This document shows positions 22,395 through 31,916 of a DNA stretch of 31,916 nt, in pieces. Within the stretch, counting starts at the first letter, position 1, and each line of letters begins with the position of its first letter. The notes beneath the pieces were generated by a model. It saw only the letters and a list, made by a program, of their open reading frames with translations. It did not search any database and was not told where the DNA came from. The stretch is from Octopus sinensis (lineage: Eukaryota), in assembly GCF_006345805.1 (NCBI RefSeq), contig NW_021832190.1, forward strand, positions 1 to 31,916, in the 5' to 3' direction. A program made the position numbers and the translations under genes.

Positions 22395-22395
22395 T
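22237..22395. repeat. (TA)n microsatellite (right flank; the left flank is 21122-21170)
   Basis: Directly visible. Confidence 0.95.
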
Positions 22396-22402
22396 GTGTA
22401 TG

Positions 22403-22549
22403 AGAGCAGCGGACTCGCGTCGAGAGAGACCGTGGGTTCGAATCTTAGGCATTTCGCTCATAAACACACGCATCACCCGGTCTGAGATTCGAACCCGCAC
22501 TCCCTCGACCGCGAGTCCGCTGCTCTAACCAATAGGCCATGTTGCCTCC
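22403..22549 (-). mobile_element. SINE family C 5' fragment with an inverted duplicate of its tRNA-like head
   Basis: The minus strand from 22549 matches the family C head through GTGTTTATGAGCGAAATGCCTAA. 22403-22446 is an inverted copy of 22484-22526. Confidence 0.8.
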
Positions 22550-22632
22550 ACTGTATAAATCTTAACTACCATCAATTCCGAATATGAAATCAGGAAAATG
22601 AAACCGAAATTTTATTCTTTCACTCATTTTTT

Positions 22633-22674
<42 letters not shown>

Positions 22675-23584
22675 GTAAGGGTGCGAGAAGGTGGTTTTGA
22701 ATACTTATATGCATTTATCTGTTACGGAAAATACGAAATCTTATGTGACACCTGTAAGAATATTTAAAAAGCAGTGTTTTACTTAAGTGAAAGAAAAATC
22801 ATCCATTTTCAGAGAAGCCGTAAACGAGAGAATAGCTTTTCCTTTTCACAAAAGAATTAGTGAGTGAAAACTGAAAAATACCCAAAGGAGGTTTAGTCTT
22901 TATTTCGCTTTTCGCGATTTCGAGTGTTATATAGATAACTAGGAACTTTTTCATTTTTGTATTCTTTATTGAGAATTTTCCTTAGATATCTGCTTACAAT
23001 GCTTCAATTTTCTTTATACTAATACTTTCCTAAGATTTGACATTTTTCATTTAAAAATACTCGTCGTATTGTCAACTAGCTTAAAATTCGGAAAAACAAC
23101 GTGTGATAGATAAGGTGGGTTTTTCTTTATTTTACCGTTTTTTTTAATACTTTTTTTCTTTTTCTTTGGGATAATATATTTCCATATGCATATTCTGCTT
23201 CGAAATCCTGTGATAAGAACAAGTTGTGCGAAGCATTTATGCCTTGTAGAAAAGGTCTTTTGTATATATTTTTATATATTCTGTCATGTCATGCCGAGGC
23301 AAAAATTGCACGCTACGACTTCAAGTTCACAAGTTACGTTTCAGATTGGTTTCATCATAAAAGTGTTCAAATGCTTTATTCCAAAATGCTTCCTTTTCTT
23401 TTGTAAACCAAAATTTTTCTTTCATAAATTTCGATTCCAAAAACGTTTTTAAATTAAATACTTTCCTGAAATAATTGAAGAATTTGGGTGATTATTTCAA
23501 TATTAAGCTTAACTGCTGCTAATTCCGAATATGAAAACATGAATATTAAACTCAGCTTCGTATTCTTTAACTTACTTATGTTCA

Positions 23585-23590
23585 CACGCA

Positions 23591-23629
<39 letters not shown>

Positions 23630-23704
23630 ACACACATATATATATATATATATAATATATATAATATATATGTATATATATGTATATACATATGTAGATG
23701 GATG

Positions 23705-23767
<63 letters not shown>

Positions 23768-24118
23768 GGACAGAGTTATAGAAAAACTCATACCGAGTTG
23801 AGTTCTTCATATTAGTTTCAAATTTTGACACAAGGCCAGCAATTGTAGGGGTGGGGATATACCAAATGCTATCTGGAAGCCTTTCAGGGATTCCTGGCTA
23901 TGCCTGAAAACACTGCAGCGAGATGGGGCGCTGTAGAATCGAACCTTGAAACGCATCATTATGATATCATATTCGTGGACACTCATCTAATTAACAAACA
24001 ACGTAATTACATACACCTCAGTGTTTGCAGACATGTGTTTGTGCATGCGCATGCTTATATGTAGGTGTGTGCGTGTGTACGTGAGTTTGTGCGTATGGGT
24101 GTATGCGTGTCTGTGTGT

Positions 24119-24158
<40 letters not shown>

Positions 24159-24170
24159 CGTGTGTGTTTA
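23585..24170. repeat. (CA)n(TA)n(GATA)n at 23585-23770 and (GT)n at 24060-24170
   Basis: Directly visible. Diverged SINE B tail and SINE A head remnants lie at ~23820-23950. Confidence 0.9.
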
Positions 24171-24890
24171 TTTTGTTTCCTGCTATTCTCAAACTCCAAA
24201 CATCGCATTGTCTGTATTGTTTATCCAACGGTGACCACCCAGCTGGAATTACACTGTCGCTATGCCGTAGCATACATCTTTATGATATTCTCAAAGGAAT
24301 CGCAAAGGAAACGAAAGAAAACAACAACAAAAAAAAAAGAAAAACAAAAACAGAAAACGATAACAAAGAATTACAAGATCTTATTCAAATGACATTTGTA
24401 TTATTAGAATACTAGGTGGCGCCACAAGCCAGAAATGATGCAACGAATGGTATTGATGTTATTCAATGCAAGTTTAGCTCCCGAGATTTAAAACAAGCAA
24501 TGATAATTGCTGTAAAAAAAAGAAAAACACAAATGAACAAATTAGTAAGTAGATAAATAAACAAGTAAGAAAATAAAAGGATAAATAGCTTAATTAATTA
24601 ATTAAATAAATGGCTAACGTATGTGCATTGAATTTATTATTGTTCAAAACTATAGAATTATGAATTATTAATCAAAAACAAGATTTTAAAATTTTGGAAT
24701 ATTTTTTTTTCTAAATAAAACATTGGATTGTTTACTCGGAAAGGAAATAAAACACACTTTTCTTACCTTGTTTACAAACAAAATATTATGTTTGACAATA
24801 TTTCTTTGTTGCTTTATTTGTTTGTTGTTTCTGTGTGTTTGTGTGTGTTGTTTTATTTACTCGATTTTGTAAAAGAAATCAATATACATA

Positions 24891-25282
24891 GGCGCAGGAG
24901 TGGCTGTGTGGTAAGTAGCTTGCCTACCAACCACATGGTTCCGGGTTCAGTCCCATTGCGTGGCACCTTGGGTAAGTGTCTTCTACTATAGCCTCGGGCC
25001 GACCAGAGCCTTGTGAGTGGATTTGGTAGACGGAAACTGAAAGAAGACTGTCGGATATATGTATATATATATATGTATGTATGTGTATGTTTGTGTGTCT
25101 GTGTTTGTCCCCCTAGCATTGCTTGACAACCGATGCTGGTGTGTTTATGTCCCCATCACTTAGAATAAGTACTGGGCTTACAAAGAATAAGTCCCGGGGT
25201 CGAGTTGCTCGATTAAAGGCGGTGCTCCAGCATGGCCGCAGTCAAATGACTGAAACAAGTAAAAGAGTAAAAGAGTAAAGAG
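24891..25282 (+). mobile_element. SINE family A, full length with a small internal deletion
   Basis: GGCGCAGGAGTGGCTGTGTGG head through the (TAAAAGAG)n tail. Confidence 0.92.
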
Positions 25283-25479
25283 TATACATAGCTGATACCT
25301 CTTGGTGTCTTTGCAAAGGTTCTAACCAGGCCTCCGGTCGGATTACCAATTAATAATCGATATATTTTAATCCCCGTTTCTAATTTTTGGCACAGAACCA
25401 TCAAATTCGAGTCGATAAGGAAGACCATTACATCATCGCCATTGCTTAACCATTACCTACTTTCACTATCGTTCTTGGT

Positions 25480-25690
25480 AGGGAGAAATGTAAAGTCGGC
25501 CTCGGCAGAATTTGACCTTGAAATGTAAAGATTCGGAAGAAATTCAATTAAAACTTTTTTCCGGTGCGGTAGCGATTAAGTCAGCTCGCACTTTTAACTG
25601 GATATCTTAATTTTTTTCTATTATAAGCAAAAGGACCGAAATTTTGGGGAAGGGCTAGTCGAACCCATCGACCCCAGGTACTTATTTTAT
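25480..25690 (-). mobile_element. Diverged SINE family B fragments
   Basis: AAAGTCGGCCTCGGCAGAATTTGA...CAGCTCGC and CTAGTCGAACCCATCGACCCCAG resemble reverse-complement family B. Confidence 0.6.
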
Positions 25691-25802
25691 ATCAATGCGA
25701 TTGTTATGGTGATGGTGGTAGTGGTGGCTGTGGTGAGTGTGTGTGTGTGTGTATCTGATATATGCAGTACTCTAGCTAACGAGAGAGCTTCTTAAATATG
25801 GG

Positions 25803-25859
25803 ACCGAACCCGGAACCATGTGGTTCATAAGCAAGCTACTTACCACACAGCTACTCCTG
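25803..25859 (-). mobile_element. SINE family A, head fragment
   Basis: GAACCCGGAACCATGTGG...TTACCACACAGCTACTCCTG. Confidence 0.8.
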
Positions 25860-25977
25860 TTGCTGTTGTTGACCCTTGCTTTGCTCTGAATGACAATACT
25901 TATATTATAATCAATGATTGTTTTGATTTTGTTTCTCCCCCACACCCTGTTTCTAGGACTATTTTGTTCCTTTAAAC

Positions 25978-26197
25978 CAGTGGTTTTCAACCAGGGTTCC
26001 GCGGAAACTTAGGGTTCCGCCAGTACAGTCCAGGGGTTCCGCAAAAAGTTACAAAACTGCTAAAATCGGCAGTAATTTTTGATTCTCCTGTGCAGATATG
26101 TGTGCATAAAACTATTAAATTATTGCACAGGGGTTCCTCGAGCCAGTGGAATGTTTCCTTGGGGTTCCGCTCCAGTAAAAAAGTTTGAAAAGCACTG
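25978..26197. mobile_element. hAT (Charlie/Buster-type) MITE, 220 bp
   Basis: TIRs CAGTGGTTTTCAACC / reverse complement CAGTGCTTTTCAAAC (13/15). Perfect 8-bp TSD CTTTAAAC at 25970-25977 and 26198-26205 with a central TA. Repeated subterminal GGGTTCCGC motifs. Confidence 0.92.
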
Positions 26198-27199
26198 CTT
26201 TAAACAATGTAGCTTGATTTGAATAAGGTTTAACTGCTACTTCTAGCAGATCTTCCGTCTTTTCAGGAGCTGCCTCGTTAGTTCGAATACCGCAGTTTTA
26301 AAAAATCATTGGCTGAAACTAAATAGCAGCAACAACAGATATCATCGTTTGACTTTTTCGTGTAGCATAGAAAGAATAAAAATAACGCTGACCACTGTAG
26401 TGCCGTTTCGTTGTTGCTTAGAAATAGCAATAAGCGAGCGATATATGCTTTCATAGTCGAAGAAAACAATTATCCTTTTCGGATTCTGTATACCATGCTA
26501 AGAAGATTGCTGGAGAAACAAAAACTGACAGAGTTATGAGGTTTCACATGAACACGTCACGCATTTTTGAGCTTCTGATTGACATGTTAGCTTACACGTA
26601 TCGGACAAAATTTGGCAAAGAATTCGTTTATCCTGCTAAATATGTACTGCAAAATAGTCAAAAATAAAGGTAATTTATGCATAGTGCAATGTATGTACAG
26701 TAACAGCTACTCGAAGGAAAGCGAATAGCCCAAAAAAGATATATGAATTTAGTGAAGGCACACAGTCCGCTAATGTAGGTTTTAATGAGCCCCCTTATCA
26801 AATATATATTTAATGTATAGCCGCAGTGTTTGATCGAAACTAGGCTACTACCCCTTGTTTTCATGTTGTTATTATTGTTCTGTTTGATTTTGTTTTTCTG
26901 TAATAATCTCAGCACTTTGATAATTTATCACACCTAAATTACTTGGCACAGGATCTAGCTGACAACTTGATAAATGTCATAATCAATTCGCAATACGCAT
27001 TTATCTTCGCGATACGCTAAGTTAATAAGTGCAAAACACAAAACAGAACCTCTTTGATGCTTAAACTCCCATTTATTCATATCAATTACAATCAGATTTC
27101 GTTGCGATATTCTCTCCAGCTATCTAATATGGATTTCTTCTTTTTTATGCACCAAAGTTGTGCTCTTGTTATTTATCAGCCATAATAAATTAAACAAAT

Positions 27200-27365
27200 A
27201 TAGTTGTGTTGCTAAGAAGTTCCCTTTGCATACAGTTGGGTGTTCCGAGTTCGTTTCCACTATGTGGAAGTTTGGGCAGGAGTCTTCTGCTATAGACCCA
27301 GAGCAACTAATGCATTGTGAGAGAATATTGTAGACGGAATTTGTCTGGAAGCCTGTGGTATGTAT
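27200..27365 (+). mobile_element. Diverged SINE family A 5' half
   Basis: TTGGGCAGGAGTCTTCTGCTATAG...TTGTAGACGGAA...GAAGCCTGT. Confidence 0.6.
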
Positions 27366-27397
27366 ATATATATATATATATCTGTATATATATTTTT

Positions 27398-27612
27398 TTT
27401 TTACTCTAGGCACGAGGCACGAAATGTTTTTTTTTGGGGGGGGGTTCCAGTTGATTAGATCGGCCCAGCACGCAACTGGTATTTAATTTATCGACCCCAA
27501 AAGATGAAAGACAAAGTCGACCTCGGCGGAATTTGAACTCAGAACGAAAAGATAGACGAAATTCCCCGCTAAGCATTTCGCCTGGCGTGCTAACGTTTCT
27601 ACCAGCTCGTCG
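27398..27612 (-). mobile_element. SINE family B (alternative tail)
   Basis: Reverse-complement central domain TTATCGACCCCAAAAGATGAAAG and head ...CTACCAGCTCG. Confidence 0.85.
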
Positions 27613-28720
27613 ATCCTTAAGAATCAATCATAATGTTATGAATAATAGCATGTAAATACTGTGTTGAAAAATACCCTTTAAACTGAAAAAGTTTAAGGCT
27701 CCATTTGGGAAACGAACCATTGATAGAGCGCCTGGCATGTTTCAGGAGATGTGGGTTCGACTTTTTTGACTCCAAAGGGTTTCTCAATACAATATCTACA
27801 TGTTATTATTTATACCTCGATGTGAACTTCGAGATTCACTGTTCCAAAAACGAATAGTAACATACGTGTGTTTGCGCATGTGTCATTCCCCAGCAGATTT
27901 ATAACGAGTAGAAGAAAAACTTTGAAAGGTTTGAAAATTTATTCCTAACGAAGAAGTGAAAACTCCTTCCAAATTAAGAAAAAGCTCTTTCATGTGTTGT
28001 AGTAACGTCAGCAAGAAAATCAAAATATAATTTGAACAATATTCGAAATGAGACATATTTTTTCCATTGCGTCTTTACGAATCTCTTGAGAAATATTTTC
28101 AAAAGTCAGTAATTAGGAGTAGCTACTTAAAACGGGATCCTTAATCTCTGTTAAAAACTTGACTGATCTAAAGAATAAAAAGAAAGAAAGAATTGGTTTT
28201 AGATATTGGTATGCGATATGATTCTGTCTTGTTGCTTGTCATACTGCTGTCAAGAGATCTCTTGAGAAACTTTCAGTAAAATGAAGTTTAAAAAAATTTT
28301 TTTTTTATTATTTCGAAATTTGCAAACATGATGAGAAGTAGTTTCAAACGGAAGAAATTTTACTTCTCATTTCATAACCCTATAAAAATATAGGCAGCGA
28401 AACATTGCAGAAATAAAGTATAAACCAATGAGTGACAAATTTAGTAACTGACATCAAAGTGTATGTAAGACGTTCTGAAGAATTTGATTTTCTGCCAGAA
28501 ACGTAATGGATTTTGGGTTTGTGCTTATTTTCAAAGTGACACCATCTGAAACAGTCTTCTGAACCTGAAGTAATTAAGAAAATGTGTTACCAAAAGGTTA
28601 ATATGACTCTTCCACGCAAATAACTTTTCTTTGACAGGGTAGCGTAATGTCGTTTCTTTTTCTAGGTTAATAGTTGAGTGTGTTGGAGCAGCATGGATAG
28701 AGTTTGCGAGAAGAAACAAT

Positions 28721-28833
28721 TCTTTTCTACTCTAGGCAAAAAGGTCTGAAATTCTGGGGGAGGGGGCTAGTCGATTAGATCGACCCCAGTACGTAACTGG
28801 TACTTAATTTATCGACTCCGAAAGGATGAAAGG
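28721..28833 (-). mobile_element. SINE family B 3' fragment (alternative tail)
   Basis: CTAGTCGATTAGATCGACCCCAGTACGTAACTGGTACTTAATTTATCGACTCCGAAAGGATGAAAGGC. Confidence 0.8.
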
Positions 28834-28859
28834 CCAATTTTAATATGTATTAAAATTTT

Positions 28860-28899
<40 letters not shown>

Positions 28900-28904
28900 A
28901 TACA

Positions 28905-29290
28905 TGTGGCTGTGTGGTAAGTAGCTTGCTAACCAACCACATGGTTCCGGGTTCAGTCCCACTGCGTGGCATCTTGGGCAAGTGTCTTCTGCTATAGCCC
29001 CGGGCCGACCAATGCCTTGTGAGTGGATTTGTAGACAGAAACTGAAAGAAGCCTGTCGTATATGTATATATATATTGTGTGTGTGTTTGTGTGTCTGTGT
29101 TGTCCCGCTAGCATTGCTTGACAACCGATGCTGGTGTTTACGTCCCCGTCACTTAGCGGTTCGGCAAAAGAGACCGATAGAATAAGTACTGGGCTTACAA
29201 ACAAAAGTCCTGGGGTCGAGTTGCTCGATTAAAGGCGGTGCTCCAGCATGGCCGCAGTCAAATGACTGAAACAAGTAAAAGAGTAAAAGA

Positions 29291-29292
<2 letters not shown>
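28905..29292 (+). mobile_element. SINE family A, near full length
   Basis: Aligns to the copies at 18264 and 24891. Confidence 0.9.
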
Positions 29293-29324
<32 letters not shown>

Positions 29325-29326
<2 letters not shown>

Positions 29327-29466
29327 GACGGGCTTATTTCAGTTTCCGTCTACCAATTCCACTAACAAGGCTTTGGTCGGCCCGAGGCTATACTAGAAGA
29401 TATTTTCCCAAGGTGCCACGTAGTGGGATTGAACGCGGCCCCATGTGCTTGGGAAGCCACGCCTAC
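29325..29466 (-). mobile_element. SINE family A, 5' half, inverted relative to the adjacent copy
   Basis: CGACGGGC...CAGTTTCCGTCTACC...CCCAAGGTGCCACG. Confidence 0.85.
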
Positions 29467-29659
29467 CAAACTTAAAACATTCTGGGGTCAATTTTTTTTC
29501 TAATAAAGCCCTTCAAGACGGTGCCCCCAATAAGGCAACAGTAACTGACTGAAATAAATAAGAGAAATATGATTGTATTCAAATCCTTCCGAGGTGAAAC
29601 GTTGCTTGCATGCTTTCGTTGTCGATAAAGTAAATATCGGTCAATAATTTTTTATAGGC

Positions 29660-30110
29660 TACACACACACACACACACGCACACACAAGTACACACATAC
29701 ACACAGAGACACAAAAAAAACAGACACACGTACACACGCACACATACACTCATACACAAATTCACACACACGCACATACACGTGCAGGCACATACACCCA
29801 CTCACTTACACACACACACACATACACACAGATACACATATAAACGCAGACACACACACGTATGCACGCACCCCACACACACCCACACTCACACACATGC
29901 ACAGACACATGCAAACACATACGCGTACACACACACACACACACAAACACACATGCACAAACACACACAAACACACACGTTCCCGCCCGCACACACACTC
30001 ACACTCACGTACGCTCGCACACTCACATGCACGCACACACACACACTCACACACACGTACACTCGCACGCCCACATGCACACATACACATACACACAGCC
30101 ACATAAAACT
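29660..30110. repeat. Degenerate (CA)n microsatellite
   Basis: Directly visible. Confidence 0.95.
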
Positions 30111-30196
30111 GCCTTCCAACTCACGTGACCTTGTGTCCGTATCATTGATTAATATAACGTTTCTTTTTCTTTTAATTCCAGATCGAAGACTTTTAC

Positions 30197-30361
30197 CAGT
30201 TCTTTGAGTGTCCTGAACAGATTTCAATAATTTGCAGACATTTTCAGTGGAATAATTACCACCCACTGCCAGTCCGTTCTCTGTCAACGACCTTTTGGTA
30301 TCGACCAGCAGATGGTCAGGCTGGACATCGACCACATTGAACTCAGCAGTTTTGCAATGAC
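30197..30361 (-). CDS. Candidate internal coding exon, 165 bp, phase 1-1
   Basis: Acceptor TCTATAACCTCTGCAG| and donor G|GTAAAA. Exactly 55 codons and open: [54 protein letters not shown]. More GC-rich than the flanks. No homolog recognised. Confidence 0.55.
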
Positions 30362-30516
30362 CTGCAGAGGTTATAGACATTGACCTTTCTCATAAAACAA
30401 GATATAGAAGTGTATGAGCAACCGACGGAAGTCTGTGTGCTTATCCATTAGTAAAAATTCACGAATATGCTCGTCTGTATATAGTTAGCTAACCACGATT
30501 CAACATCTAAACACAA

Positions 30517-31031
30517 TCTCTATATCTATAAAAGGCAAAATGTTCGTGTATCTGTGTGTCTGTGCGTTTGTGTATCCTTTATACAAATCCACAGTTCTTC
30601 ACGTAAAAGGCTCGCATTTTCTATGGGCTTTCAAAACTGTCTGAGGGTGGACGTGAAGAACTTTTCATTTCCTCAGTCAACCCCAAAAGCCATTTAAAAA
30701 AAATTGATAAATCGACCCCTTATACCCATAAGGTATTTTGCGGCCAAATTCAAGTTTTCCGCTTTCTTCTGCCTCCTTTTTTTGTCCGACTAATGGCATG
30801 TGCACAGTCCCGCAAATTTCCCATGATTATGCCGATCGAGGTGTGAAAACCGAAGTCCAATGAATATTTATTATTCTCAACAAAAATATTAATTACATAA
30901 ACAACAAAACTGGTCCGGGCTGAAATGTGATAAGAAACTTAGCTCTTGATTTAGTGAGAAATTTTACTACGACCCGGTAACGAACAACAAGCACTAGCAC
31001 TAGACCCAGCAACGCCGGGTCATAGTGTTAG
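30517..31031 (+). mobile_element. Non-autonomous Helitron, ~515 bp
   Basis: 5' end A|TCTCTATATCTATAAAAGGCAAAATG followed by a TGTC/TGTG-rich segment. 3' hairpin GACCCAGC-AAC-GCCGGGTC (31003-31021), then TTAG|T (a variant of CTAG). Inserted between A and T with no TSD. Confidence 0.75.
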
Positions 31032-31198
31032 TCAATACCCAAAACAGTTAAGAAGATCTACACTTGTTATTATTGCTGTTGGTGTTTGGACTCCATCATC
31101 CATCGCCAGCTTAATCTCGATCGAGAAAAATTTACCATCGAAAGTATTCCAGCCATGATCCTTTCGTCTTATTCCACGTTAGTGTATCTCGGAATATT

Positions 31199-31582
31199 GG
31201 TGGAGGCGCAATGGCCCAGTGTTAGGGCACAGACTCGCGGTCATAAGATCGCGGTTTCGATTCCCCGACCGGGCGTTGTGAGTGTTTATTGAGCGAAAAC
31301 ACCTAAAGCTCCACGAGGTCCGGCAGGGGATGGTGGTGATCCCTGCTGTACTCTTTCACCACAACTTTCTTCTCATTCTTTCTTCTTGTTTCTGTTGTAC
31401 CTGTATTTCAAAGGGCCGGCCTGTCACTCTCAGTGTCACGCTGAATATCCCCGAGAACTACGTTAAGGGTACACATGTCTGTGGAGTGCTCAGCCACTTA
31501 CACGTTAATTTCACGGCAGGCTGTTCCGTTGATTCGGATCAACCGGACCCTCGTCGTCGTAACCGACGGAGTGCTTCCATCC
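31199..31582 (+). mobile_element. SINE family C, full length with 13-bp TSD
   Basis: ATCTCGGAATATT at 31186-31198 and 31583-31595. Short CCAT tail. Matches 7673-8058. Confidence 0.92.
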
Positions 31583-31599
31583 ATCTCGGAATATTATAA

Positions 31600-31797
31600 T
31601 TTTTTAGCATTTTGCCCGGCGAGGTAATGATTCTACCAGCTCACCATTTTCGTTTTCAAATTTTGGCACTAGGCCCGCAAAGGAGAGGTGGTAAGTCGAT
31701 CACAACGATCCCAGTGTTTAACTGGTACTTATTTTATCGACCCCCAAAAATGAAAGATAAAGTTGATCTCGCCGAAATTCGAACTCCGAACGTAAAA
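31600..31797 (-). mobile_element. Diverged SINE family B fragments
   Basis: Reverse-complement head at ~31600-31645 (TTCTACCAGCTCACC) and body/tail at ~31651-31797. Confidence 0.7.
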
Positions 31798-31916
31798 ACT
31801 GTTTTACTCTTGAATAGCTTAACAGCGCATATCTAAACAGGGGCATTCCAACCGTGACCATCCGGTCTCATTTTCATACATACTATAACCAAGACCATGC
31901 GACAAGTGTCAGGAAC

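Noticed and set aside
22574-23538. AATTCCGAATATGAAA repeated at ~22575 and ~23521 as element ends
   Set aside because: A direct 16-mer in very AT-rich DNA with no TIR, TSD or coding remnant. It may be an old transposon relic, but that cannot be supported here.
28594-28663. Small minus-strand exon (KETTLRYPVKEKLFAWKSHINLL)
   Set aside because: Weak polypyrimidine tract, phase 1-0 with no matching partner exon, and indistinguishable from chance.

Overview
AT-rich, microsatellite- and SINE-dense animal genomic DNA. The repeat families suggest an octopod cephalopod such as Octopus (inference). No long ORF in the six-frame track is credible: nearly all are translated microsatellites or SINEs. The window holds three tRNA-derived SINE families (called A, B and C here), three CR1-group LINE 3' fragments, a hAT MITE with an 8-bp TSD, a non-autonomous Helitron, and two candidate phase-1 minus-strand exons (30197-30361 and 11191-11393) of an unidentified gene. 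The standout is a ~549-bp unit present as an almost complete head-to-tail dimer (21171-22236), inserted in a (TA)n tract. Each copy carries a type I hammerhead ribozyme with a minimal palindromic stem III (CTGATGA...GAAAC-GTAC-GTA), which is the architecture of a retrozyme or a Penelope-like pseudo-LTR. Cleavage at both sites would release a 547-nt structured monomer.
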